Made by a program: the position numbers and the translations under genes
Origin: Balanoglossus misakiensis
Taxonomy: Eukaryota; Animalia; Hemichordata
Length of the DNA stretch: 64,000 bases
Direction of reading: 5' to 3'
NCBI GenBank assembly: GCA_040954595.2
Contig: CM082591.2
Location: forward strand, 9,379,309-9,443,308
Shown here: one piece after another, positions 52,901 through 64,000 of the stretch
How the letters are laid out: the number at the start of each line of letters is the position of its first letter
How positions within the stretch are numbered: the first letter of the stretch is position 1
The notes under the pieces: model-generated
What the model was told of the DNA's origin: nothing
Seen by the model: the letters and a program-made list of their open reading frames with translations, nothing else
Database searches by the model: none

Positions 52901-55900
52901 GAGGTGTTTGTGAATGCAGCCTTAAATGCACATCTTGTCACGAAATCTCGGGAAACACTGGGAATACTTTAAAGGTTCAGCACTTAAGAAAGCACTCTGG
53001 GGAAATTCCCACAGAAATCTGCAGCGTGGTAACGTGAACGAGCTTTCGATGACGACTGTCACTGAAGCGCCGACTTGTGCGTGGACAGAAGACGCACTTG
53101 TAAAGCTGGGCTTGGGCGACAGATTACCCGTCCCAACTCAGACGGACCGAATAAGCAATAGCACTGAAAAAATAGCTACGTAAACCCACCGATCTAGCAA
53201 TCCAGCCTCACAGAGGCACAGTACTGATGCATAGAAATGGAGTTGAACGTAAATAAACGCAAAATAGCGGTAGCCAAGAGATTGGATCAGGAGAACACGA
53301 AGCGCACTGTTAGCTACAAGACGGCTACCTCAGAAGTGACTCAGAAGGTGGGAAAGATTTGCCTATACATGTATGTGCACATGACATGTGACCTAGACTC
53401 CGCCCCTCAATGGTTGAGTGACATACCATGCACGGGGACCGTGTACCTGAAAATCAGGGATAGTGCCTATTTTACTCAATCACGTGTAAACCCATACCAT
53501 GAGCCCCTCCACACCATTGGGTTACCAAGCGCGCATGTAATGTCAGGTATTTCATGACAACTCCCCCACCTAGACCTGTGTATGTCCTCATGCACAATTG
53601 GTTGTCAAAATATTACTTGTCATATACTTAACTGATCCAACCTCAAGGTTAACAAGGGTAAGTAACCCTTCTGTCCTGTCAACAACTAAATCCAGAAGTT
53701 TAGTCCAGTCAATACCGTCACAAAAATGTAACTGTGGATACCACATCCTTCTAAAGGTATAAAGCTCGTCGTTCAGTCAGTCATCGTGAGGAACATGCCA
53801 TATTGCACTGGCAATCTTATCGGAAGGACTCGTTGAAGCCTTCCGTAGACTCATCCATGGGTTTGGCAATGTCAGCTTACAATGTGATCATCTACTTGCC
53901 ACCCATTTCTACTTCTGGGCAAACTAAATAAACTGTTATTTATAAGTTTAACGTTGCCTGGCATACCCCTCTCAAAATTGTGTCTAGGTCCTATGTAAAC
54001 ATACATGATGTTACATGCAGAATACTATCTATTGACTGATAAGAAAGTCTGAGGGCCATCGACATCCTGGACAACTCGAATAGTCCAGCAAAACTATAAA
54101 TGGATAAAACATATTGCACCCTAGCCCCTACATTTTTGTTTTGCTTTGTTTTATTTTTTTTGTTTATTTTATAATTTTACAGTCAGTCAATGTAAGTCGA
54201 TCATCGAGAAGAAAACTAATAAACGATGATTCCTCATCATCTTTCACTGTGACCCCTTATCACACGCAAGAAGACACATGACCATGCCACTGTGAACTCG
54301 TCGTTCACCAAGTGTAACTCTCCTGTATAGTTACACTTTACCTGACTCACCTACGCAGGGATGTCAACACCTGAAGGGGGATACCACTGATCTCCCTGGC
54401 TACGTGCGTCCGATTACTTGTGATTAGATTACTTGGACAACCCCTGCAGAGTTCTCCTTTGTCAGCTCCTTCCATGCCTGTTTTATGGCCTTTGTAGGTC
54501 TCCCGAAATCATAGTGGTCAACTGTTTTCATATTTCTCCTTGGATACCTATGACTGCTGTTATGCTCCTCAACCCTGTGTTAATTTGTTTTGTTATCAAT
54601 GTTAGGATTATCGAGGTCAAGGTTGACCTCAGACAACTGATTACTTTTCCCCTTAAAAATACAGTTGTGGTCATTCTTTGAGACAGATTCCGAGACATGA
54701 TTCTGATTACCTACCCCCGATAATATGAGGTTATTACGAAAATACCGCAAAGAATGCACGAGGACATTAGCGCCGAGTATCGCCCGACGCGCTGTGGAGG
54801 ACGATGCGCTGCGCTAATGTCCGAGTGCATACTTTGAGGTATTTTTGTAATAACCTTACTATTATACATCTTACATCACCGTTAGTTCTTGTGTTGCATG
54901 TTACGTGGCTTTTAAAACGCCCAAAATGCCGATACATTCGATAGAAAACCGCTCAGTTGACTCAGCGAGCAGCCATCTTTCTTTTTTGTTTACGTGCGTT
55001 CGACTGGGGGTGTCTTGAAACCGTCCGCATAACAACGCATACCTGTACACAGTGAGTTGGGGCGCCTTGAAACTTAAGGCGTATTTAACATGCGTTCCGT
55101 ACGTACCGTTCCGTACAGCTTTTTTAGTGCACGCTAAATTCTATTGTTCTCGGTGCCAGATGTATAATAATGTATTATCAGTGTCTACAGGTTTACCAAC
55201 ATGTACACGCTCATCCACAGGCACTGTTTTTATCTTCTCCAACCAAGGAACCAGCTCTGTCTCGTGATATTGTTTCAGTTTTTCATGGTGTACTATCTTA
55301 GGTTTGCTCCGTTGGCTATGTTGAATTCGGTATACAAGGTCAGAAAGTTTACCAATGACCAGATATGGCCCTCGTAGACCAACTGCAGTTTGGGAGCATA
55401 CCCCTTTTTCCTTCGCTCGTCTTTGAGCCAAACAAAATCCCCCACTTTAAAGTTACGGCTTGTGGCAAAACGATCATAGAGACGCTTCTGTCGACGAGCA
55501 GTTACTTTTAATTGTGTTCTTGCATGTGCATGTGCTTGTTCTAATTTATCACGTAAATTGGTTACATAGTCAGAGCTAGACCCCCCTTAAGGGAGATCTA
55601 CTGGCGTCAATGCTATATCCAATGGATAGTGCAACTCTCTCCCCAACATCAGCATATTAGGGGTTTCTCCTGTAGAAGGATGTACGCTACTGCGGTGTGC
55701 AAAAGTAGCTAAACTAACATTCTCATCACAGTCTATATGCTCTGATATAGCGTACAAGTGAGTGATTGTACTTTTCGACCTTACCGTCACTCTGCGGGTG
55801 ACGTGGGGTTGTATAAGTTTTGTTAACCCAAAGCAACTCACACACCTCCTTGAATACTCTTGAAAAAAAGGCCTATGCTCTATCTTGAATTTGTACTGAC

Positions 55901-58900
55901 CCAATAATTCTATCCATCGGACTAATTGCCCCTCAGGGTTCTTAAAACGCAATAACCAGACCAATGAGGCATGATCTGTTCGAATTGTGAACTCCCTACC
56001 GAGCAGGTAGTGTCTGAAATATTTGACATATTCAACGACCACCAGCAGTTCTTGGCGCGTCACACAATAATTTCTTTCTGCTTTACTCAGGACCTTGCTA
56101 GCGTAACAAATGGACCTTTCCACACCCACTTGTATCTGGCTCAGCACAGCACCTATACCTACTTTGCTGGCATCAGTATCTAGGATGAAATCCTCTTTTG
56201 CAGACGGGAAGGCTAATACTGACCAGGATGTTAATAAATGCTTAAGTCTGTCAAAAGCTTCTTGTCATTCTGACGACCATACAAAATGAGCATTCTTTTT
56301 GGTGAGCTCATTAAGTGGCTTTACTATACTAGAAAAGTCTTTAATGAACCGCCTGTAGTAAGATGCCAACCCATAGAAACTACGCACCTCTGATACATTA
56401 GTCGGTGCTGGCCATTTGCAAATGGATTCAATTTTCTTGGGGTCAGTGGAAACACCCTCCTTTGAAACTGTATGGCCCAAAAACTCTACCTGTTCGGCAA
56501 AAAGCACACATTTCTCTGCCTTCAACTTCAATCCAGCCCCTTTCAGTTTATCACACACCATCTGCAACCGTTTCAGCTCTTCCTCAAATGTACTAGCAAA
56601 GACGATCAGGTCATCCAAATACAATAGACACACTTCCCATTGCAGCCCGTAGAATACCTTCTCCATTAATTTTTGAAAGGTGCCCGGTGCCCCTGATAAA
56701 CCCATGGGCATAACTGTCCATTCTAACGACCTACCAGATGGAGTCACAATAGCTGACTTTTGTCGGCTTTCTTCATCTAGGGCAACCTGATAAAAACCAC
56801 TGCAAAGGTCAAGGCAACTGTTAAAGCGTGCTCCACCCAGGCTTTCCAAGTTGTCCTGTATACGAGGCAAGGGATATGCATTAACAAGTGTTACTGCATT
56901 TAGGCGACGAAAATCACAAACCAGACGAAATGAGGAATCTTTCTTGGCTACAAGTAGACATGGGCTACTCCACGGGGAGTCACTTTCTACCAACAGCCCC
57001 TTGTCAACAAATGTTTGTATTTGCTTGTCAATTTCCGCTTTCTTCCAATACGGAGCACGGTATGGAAGCAATTGTATGGGTTTCTCAGTTGTCGTGGGTA
57101 TATGATGTTCCACTATGTGTGTTTTACCCAAATCTGTTGAATCTTTGATGAAGACATCAGCATTCTTTACCAGCACATCAAACACTAACTGCTTCTGTTG
57201 ATCTTAAAGTTAAATTCTGAACGCTCTGCTATATTGCTCTTTCATATGGTCTGGCATTCTGCTACACTCACCAGTAGTTATTGTGTTGACAGATGGGAGT
57301 GTTGTCATTTCATCAGGTTTACTCAAAACATGGGAGGACTCGATATCAAAATTGACTGTTTTGTCCATTCTCAACACACCCATATACTGTACCTTTTTAA
57401 CCTCAATGTCTTGGTTACAGAGATTTATAACTCTCACTGCGTGTAATTTATTTCCCACTTGACTAAGAGACCCTGCCCCCATTAGTCCAACTTCATTCAA
57501 CTGCACTGGCGTCACCAAAGCTGTTATTTCAGAGAAATTATGTTGGATGGTGTCCTCTGACAAACCACCAGATATCTCACTTTTAGAAAACTGACGACCC
57601 CCATACAAACTATTACCAATGTTACCAACTCGAGGAGTTATACTCATACGAGACATGATAATGGCTTTATGCCCTGCCGGAATAGATTGAGCCCAATTTG
57701 CTTGCAACCGACAACAAAAAGGCTTTACATCTTCATGAACTGTTTCCACCTGTTTGTTTCCTACAGTTACTGTACCCTTTTGAAGGTCCAAACGACAGTC
57801 AAATTCTCTCAAAAGATTCATACCCAAAATACCTGCAGACCCATTTAGAGTTTCAGCTATTAAATAGGTTCGACAGCTTGCCTTTCCCCTATTTCTATTT
57901 TCATCAAAGTTTCAGCCCATAGGCCTGGGATACTTTCGACCCATCCACCTGTATTAAACATGTACCAGAATCTGTCAACTGTGGGCGTTCATCTTTTGAT
58001 ATAAGTTCGAAAAATTCTTTAGAAATGATGCTATGCGTTGAACCAGTGTCTACAAGACACTTTTGGGTTACTCCGTGCATGTTTATTGAAGATAAATTGT
58101 TACCTAAGTGCAAATGACCAAGAGCAACCACGGGTTGACTGTCCACCCGAGAGTTTCCCTCAGACTTTGACAGAAATGGTGCCAAGTCTGCAGTGACAGA
58201 AGAATTCTTCACACAAGTTTTATGAGGTGTATTTGCCTGTGTTTTCGGATGTCGGATTTTACCACCCCTCCCCTTTTTATTGTTAGCAGGTTCAGCGATA
58301 TCAGATCTCGAGAGAGAATTGGGACTGTTTGTCGTTTTCTTATGAGCTCGATCTTTTCCGGCCTTTCCCACATTACCATATTGTGACTGTTTTATTTGGG
58401 TTGGGAGCCGTCCGGCTCTCCCAACCCTTTGGAGTTTAACGACTCCACATTTTTATCCGTCCGACTGGGCTTATATTGGGGACACTGTACTTTTCGATGC
58501 CCCTCAATTCCACAGATCCAACAAACAAGTTTCTTTGGGTCTGGGGCTTCATAGACTCTGCAAATTCCAACCTTTCCAAGCGATCTAGTATAATTGTAAC
58601 AACACATCATTTTTACCCGTCGCCTGAACTTTACTTCCAGCAGCATTGTCAGTACTAGTGACTCGGACATTGGCAGTCTTTCCCTTTGCTTGACAAAACT
58701 TTTGAAAACTTTCCTCACACTGTGCTTCATGAACAACATTTTCCAGGGTAGCATCTTTTTCTCTACCCGCTTCACTGATTTTACGCTGAATAGCCACATC
58801 CTTTACGGCCATCATAAGACTATCTATGCAAAGGCGTTCCAAACATTCGCCAGTGGCGCTTGGATATGCTTTTATCATCATTTCCCTTATTTCTTGGGCC

Positions 58901-61900
58901 AAATCTTGGAGCGATTGATCTTTCTTTCGCGCAATGCTTTTCACCCGCAGACGGAAATCATCTGCGAGCCCACTAGCAGAGAAACGTTTTCCAAGCAACT
59001 GACATAATCCCTCTTAGGTGTCGATGTCTTGACCACAGTGAGCTGCAAATTGTAATGCACGTCCCCTCAATTTGGTCAACAACATGTTATATCGTTTTTC
59101 GGAATCCCACTGATTGACTTTGGCACAAATGTTGAAGTGAACTCGATAATTGGCGAAAAGCTTTGTCCAGAAGCGGACAAATTTGGACTGTCGCATGTTC
59201 TAACAATGGGGGTTGTGTTCGCCCCTCTTGTCGGAAAACTCTCATTACCACTCGATAAACTTCTACCTCTACCAATACAAGATAAATAACCTTTTGTGTC
59301 TCTCACTTGAGGGCTGAAACGAGGTATAGGAAAGTTGTTTTGGCTGCAGCTGGGGTATAACCCGTTCCCTCTGCTCCGCCACCACCACTCAAACAAACGC
59401 CTTTCTGAACTGTAGAGGTGAAAGTACTACCGTTATTTCTAGTAACAGTGTTGAACCCACTGTCAACGCTATCCACATCGTCCCCAAAAGAGAATGGAAT
59501 AGCCTGTCCCCTGTGCTGAACACGGGGATGTATGACCGCTCCATCAGGAGACATGAGAGGAGGCAAATTCTTGTCGCTCTCAGTCTGTTTCTGACGAGTA
59601 TTTGATGCGGATTATGCTGGCTGACCGCGAGGAAACGAAATATCGCTGTCTACAGATTTCTCCATTGCAATGAAATATGAAAAACAAGACTAACCCAGTA
59701 ACACTGTATATAGCGCAACAAAAGAGCTATTGTTCTATCATAAAAAGTAGCAAACTCGAAGCGAACACCTGCGCAATCCTGGAACACGAACACTAACAAC
59801 AGTAGAAATCAAGAACGCCAAAACCCAATTTTTACAATCCCGCTAAGCTGCCACCAATTGTCACGAAATCTCGGGAAACACTGCCAATACTTTAAAGGTT
59901 CAGCACCTAATAAAGCACTCTGCGGAAATTTCCACATAAATCTGCAGTGTGGTAACGTGAACGAGCTTTCGATGACGATTGTCACTGACGCGTTCGACTT
60001 GTGCGTGGACAGAAGACGAACTTGTAAAGCTGGGCTTGGGCGACAGAACACCCGTCCCAACTCAGACGGACCGAATAAGCAATAGCACTGAAAAAATAGC
60101 TACGTAAACCCACCGATCTAGCAATCCGGCCTCACAGAGGTACACTGGTGATGCATAGAAATGGAGTTGAACGTAAAAAAACGCAAAATAGTGGTAAACA
60201 AGAGATTGGATCAGGAGCACACGAAGTGCACTGTTAGCTGCAAGACGTCTGCCTCAGAAGTAACTCAAAAGGTGGGAAAGAGTTGCCTATATGTGCACAT
60301 GACATGTGACCTAGTCTCCGCCCCTCAATGGGTGAGTGACATACCATGCACGGGACCCTGTACCTGAAAATCAGGGATGTTGCCTATTTTTCTCAGCCCC
60401 TCCACACCATTGGGCTACCAAGCGCGCATGTAATGTCAGGTATTTCATGACAATCTTCTTTGCAATTCTAGTCAATTTGTTTTCTTTCTTTCTATTTCAA
60501 ATATTTTGTTAGGGCCATTAAGATGGGTCCCTGGGATCTTTTTGCTCGTTGCTATGGGCCTTTATAGGACACTACACTCAATTTTGATCGAAACCGTTAT
60601 GAACGTCCGACAAGGGGCTTGTAACTAGTTAAAAATACACACGATTGTGTGCACACCCCCTGTCCGAGTATGTTTACGGCAGCTACCGCCCGGCCATAGG
60701 CCGCCACGCTAATACGGCAAAGCAGCGGTCAGCGATAGCGTGCGCGTCCTGTAACCACAGTAACTGGATCGAAGGCTAAAAATCCAATGTTTTGTACACA
60801 GAGATTTTGTACCGTTCACGAAAATCCCTAAGGCTTTTTTCATAGGCGACGTAGGCCAGCCAAATTTGACCTGCTTGTTGAGAACGCACTTCCGCATAGT
60901 GTGACGGATCGTTTTTTCGGTTTTCGTCGTGCTAAGAAGCGATACCAGTGGAAGAGTGCGTCCAAAAACACCCAAAATCGATGACTTTTTCAGGTGTGGT
61001 ACGGGTATGCTGAAATCGTAGGATACAACGATAACATTCGAAAACAAAATCCGTCACGATCTTCCCTGGTTCAAGCAACTAATGAATACATATCAAGTTC
61101 GTTTTTGAGGTCACGGAATAAAAAGCCTTAGGCTTTTGAAATTTGACCTAACTAATTTGCATATCAATGGCGTCAGGGGGCGCGCGCTCACAATCGTGCA
61201 GATTTTCAACTAGTTACCAGCCCCTTGTTAGACTCTGAAAACGGCTTAGTCCAAATCGGGGTGTAATGTCCTATAAAGGCCCATAGCAACGGGCAAAAAG
61301 ATCCCAGGGACCCATCTTAAGGAAGACTAGTTCTGATGAATTATATTTCATGGTATAAAAACCAAATGTATGAAATGCAATTACTTCTTATGGTGAAATT
61401 TTTATTAAAACACAATGCCCGGTTTGGGCATATAACATTACGAACCTGCGCATGCGTACTGGTCAGTAAGCTGCAAAGCGACTATAAACCCACTTGTATG
61501 ACCATTGAACAAAATAAAGTTACTGAAGCATGGAGAACTCAATCTTCAGGGCTGCCTCGTATAGAACTACTCATTTGTATTCAACGAGTGCTCCATAACA
61601 GTCTCATTGTCGTCATATGAAAAAAATAAAAGGCGCCGTATAATATCCACCAACACTTTCAGTTTCGTTTCACCCATTTACATTAATTTTCATTTTACAA
61701 ATTCCCACTATATGTTTACAAGGCATACAAGGCACACATTCTTTGTCAATTTGGATTGTCTGCGGTTGTTTTTGTGTGACCACGATGACCTTAGCTGGCC
61801 TAGATGCGGAGTGTCTTTAACCCTACACTCGTGAATAGAAACGATTAGTGGGAAACGACATAAAGAGGGGCGGTACAATGAAAGCTTTCGACGAGGTGAA

Positions 61901-62235
61901 AACGTTGTTAGTAATACACAATTTTCAATAATTATGAGGTTTGTGAGCTTTAGAAGCCACTTACCTTCTTGGGTCAACTCTACTTCCCTACTGCAGTCGA
62001 TATCCAGGACACGTTTATATAGCTTGCCATCGGCTTTAGGGTAAACGGGGACAGCGCTGTCTCGAGTTTCGTTGTACAATGCCATGGTTTCCCTGTACGT
62101 TACCTGCCAGTTGTAGGTGCACACTTCGTAGTTGTCTTTCAAACGACAATCTCCATTTGGAGTCAAAATCTCCGATTTCGCCGGCAAAGATACAACAATT
62201 ACTAAAAGTAAAGACAGCGACAAGTTGCGAAGCAT
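37992..62235 (-). CDS. Laccase-like multicopper oxidase, secreted and possibly GPI-anchored; 13 exons, 722 aa
   Basis: Exons 62235-61965, 51820-51720, 51343-51198, 50034-49911, 49367-49255, 47106-46997, 46557-46250, 45650-45523, 44907-44712, 41242-41101, 40989-40702, 39651-39484, 38065-37992. All are GT-AG and phase-compatible, summing to 2169 nt. Motifs: signal peptide, [35 protein letters not shown]. The last exon is the least certain. Confidence 0.93.
39738..40020. mobile_element. MITE with GGCCAAA ends
   Basis: ggccaaacaaataatatgcgctgttccgattac ... gtaatcggaacagcacatatttttcattttggcc. Confidence 0.7.
41302..43183 (+). mobile_element. Internally deleted Kolobok-like element with a possible THAP relic
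   Basis: TTAA at 41298 and 43184; imperfect TIR AGTGCATATCTTGCCT / AGAGCCTATCTTACCT; inverted gtgacgtcacaagaggaacc at ~41496 and ~43000; [13 protein letters not shown] at 41590. Confidence 0.65.
43188..43651. mobile_element. TTAA-flanked MITE with >60-bp TIRs
   Basis: aggggaaattcggtccagttgatttcta...gaggtcactctttcaga is inverted at 43590-43651. Confidence 0.9.
47232..47555. mobile_element. Academ-like MITE (TAG...CTA ends, CACC target duplication)
   Basis: cacc|tagtctagaatccagact ... agtctggattctagacta|cacc. Confidence 0.85.
47763..49215. mobile_element. 1.45-kb non-autonomous DNA transposon, CAG ends, TAT duplication
   Basis: tat|cagccagaacgcaacgccttcattaacatat ... atatgctaatgaaggtgttgcgttctggctg|tat. 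Confidence 0.8.
49544..49890. mobile_element. ~350-bp TTAA MITE family; other full or partial copies at ~15311-15660, 31577-31875, 34581-34778, 36725-37009, 45682-45760
   Basis: ttaaaggga.aaagtctctct..gctgcccttt ends and shared core ttattctacatgtggatatatagtgaatcaacgttcga. Confidence 0.9.
50630..51067 (+). mobile_element. Non-autonomous Crypton-type element (IR pair plus terminal hairpin)
   Basis: tatacctcatgctaa at 50635-50649 / ttagcatgaggttta at 50855-50869; then hairpin 50875-51062 with centre ttccc-tcggcctgcggcctc-gggaa. Confidence 0.7.
52309..52921. mobile_element. PIF/Harbinger (Tourist)-like MITE, TTA duplication
   Basis: tta|ggctgcattcacaaacacctctggaggggggg ... ccccccctccagaggtgtttgtgaatgcagcc|tta. 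Confidence 0.9.
54721..55170 (-). mobile_element. Non-autonomous Crypton-type element nested in the Gypsy element, reverse orientation
   Basis: Hairpin 54721-54864 (taatatgaggttattacgaaaatacc...ggtatttttgtaataaccttactatta) abuts ttatacatcttacatcaccg, whose degenerate inverse cggtgccagatgtataa lies at ~55151-55167. Confidence 0.6.
55180..59200 (-). pseudogene. Gypsy gag-pol, fragmented by stops, frameshifts and an integrase deletion
   Basis: ORF pieces 59014-59196, 58585-58998, 58392-58799, 57904-58371, 57210-57827, 56265-57185 (RT), 55587-56147 (RNase H / IN), 55141-55431 (GPY/F). Confidence 0.9.
60522..61316. mobile_element. TTAA-flanked non-autonomous DNA transposon with ~55-bp TIRs
   Basis: ttaa|gatgggtccctgggatctttttgctcgttgctatgggcctttataggaca... 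is inverted at 61262-61316|ttaa. Confidence 0.9.
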
Positions 62236-62903
62236 GTTGAAACGCTCTGCACCAGATCCGGCGAACAATAGTACCACGTTCACAAGAAGATGAATTGAAC
62301 CCAGAGTGCACGTGAGGGGTGTGTGAATGAAAATGAGACAGACTTCAGGGTCACAGACTCTATATGACCTTTCTCACAATCATCCATGAAAGAAGTCAAT
62401 AAATCATGACTCCGTGGCTTATTTCGGTTAATCATTAAACCAATATGCACTTCCCAAAGTTAATTGCCCAAAGGAGATATTTTCTGAAAGTGTACATTAA
62501 GATGTTGTTTGGGTAAAATGTGTGCAGGATTGTCAGACCTCGGTTTCATTATACTGTGTATCTAACTGACGTCACACAAATAATAACTTGTTTTCATGGG
62601 AGGGGGGGGGGGTTATCGTGTATTTTATCAACAAAATAGTTATTATTGCGTTTACTTTTGTAACAAAAAAATTATATTATCTCTCATGGGATTATGGAAA
62701 GCATCTGGCTTGTATCAATGTGTGGTTTTCCTATGGCCTCAGTTCAAACATATTTGTACAAGGTATATTTGTACAAGGCTGGCGTAAGTACATTGTAGGC
62801 CTATAACCGATTCGAGACAGTTGAGGTAATATTCTGGCGATTTTTTAGCAATTTTTTTTTCGAGACGTGAGGGGGTTGAAAATGAAATTACTCCGAAATC
62901 TGC

Positions 62904-62967
62904 GTGTTATGTTGTGTTGTGTTGCGTTGCGTTGTGCTGTGTTGTGGTGTGTTGTGTTGTGTTGTGT
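62904..62967. repeat. (GTTGT)n microsatellite
   Basis: About 12 imperfect pentamer copies. Confidence 0.9.
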
Positions 62968-63314
62968 GAAAGAAAATAGCTAAACATGAACCGGTTTTAT
63001 ATTTGTGTACTGACTGTGTTTGAGTGAAGACCGGGAAGTACGTTTGCGTTGTTCTGGCTTTCATTTTGCATTTTACGCTTCATTTATATTTATTCAAACA
63101 AATTAACATTTACCTTTTTGAACGGCATTGTTATTTACTCCATACTTGTATTTGTAAACAATACACACTATATTTGTGTTGTGTGACGTAATTATGCGCA
63201 GACAAACATATGATTACGGAGAACAAGCACACCACAAACTTCGTGGAATCACATGTCACGTGATTTCTCTTCTGGTACACACGGGTACAGATAGGCATTC
63301 ACAACACACCAGCT

Positions 63315-63535
63315 ATGGCAGCGAAAGAGTCTAAGATGTTCGGCGGAGATCGATGATAATATCTGTCCTGTGCTATCTGCTCAGAGCGATACAAGAATGC
63401 TAAACTGCTATCGTGTCTACACAGCTTCTGCGAGTCGTGTCTGGGTATATTAGCAAATCTCTCTCGTGTTCGTCGGTCTTCAGTGATTTTCCTTGAATGG
63501 AAAAATATCAAACGCGTTGAATATTTGTCCGTTGG
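63315..63535 (+). pseudogene. TRIM-type RING finger pseudogene fragment
   Basis: MAAKESK.. then TGA TAA, then YLSCAICSERYKNAKLLSCLHSFCESCL..ICPL (C3HC4 RING typical of TRIM N-termini); EIDDN is visible in a shifted frame. Confidence 0.7.
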
Positions 63536-64000
63536 GGAATATATTTTGGTCGCTTCCGCCCTTACTGCATGTATTACCGCTGGAATCTTTTTGTTATTCA
63601 TGCATCGGGGAATCTGTAGCGATGAGGTAACGGACTCTGACGAGAACAGTGATCCATGGAGACACGTATCTGATTCACGTTCATGTATTGTCCGAAATTA
63701 CTTCAGTACATCAAATATGCCCAGTAAAGTATGTGAGGAAGGCAACGAACACGGTAGCCTGATGTACTCCCATCTCCCGTTAGATTTATTCTCTTACAAC
63801 GTTGGAAACAAAGTTCTCTTATAATTACTTTTCTCAAGGCGTGGTTAATCATGTAAAATATCAAAAATACAATGTGTTATAATTTCATTGGGCATCAATT
63901 CAAATATATACGTACCATATTACATAAGGCATTATATAACAAAGTCACTTCGGTGATGATTGACAACCAGAGCAGTCAGTTAAACACCAGCTCTCCCTAT

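Larger units (their letters stand above)
52936..60452 (-). mobile_element. Decayed Ty3/Gypsy LTR retrotransposon in laccase intron 1
   Basis: TG..CA LTRs at 52936-53559 and 59859-60452; ATCT target duplication; PBS TGGTGGCAGC.. (tRNA-Leu-like) next to the right LTR; PPT ggtgggggagt next to the left LTR; gag knuckle [14 protein letters not shown], protease LVDTGS, RT YLDD, RNase H, partial integrase. Confidence 0.97.

Noticed and set aside
52926-53557. ORFs at 52926-53557 and 59858-60367
   Set aside because: They lie within the two LTRs and are not conserved in length between the copies

Overview
AT-rich, intron-rich animal genomic DNA; the gene and repeat content suggests a marine invertebrate deuterostome such as a hemichordate (inference). 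One intact multi-exon gene can be assembled by hand: a 13-exon minus-strand laccase/multicopper oxidase (62235->37992, 722 aa, all four Cu-binding motifs). Its introns hold a decayed Gypsy LTR element and many MITEs. A small permuted papain-like (H-H-C) ORF lies at 33068-33406. The left half is a mosaic of orphan gene fragments (MED25 3' exons with lesions, one EGF exon, six VWC exons) and decayed DNA transposons: a Chapaev/Transib/RAG1-core-like DDE transposase, a P-like transposase convergent with a HIRAN-like ORF, a foldback element with a 69-bp tandem array, and a near-intact Crypton tyrosine recombinase. The most striking observation is the Crypton's end architecture, A-[recombinase]-A'.B-[hairpin]-B', whose internal A'B junction is the reverse complement of the predicted circle junction B'A. 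Three short non-coding elements in the window repeat this plan. All calls are from manual reading with no database searches, and some coordinates are approximate.
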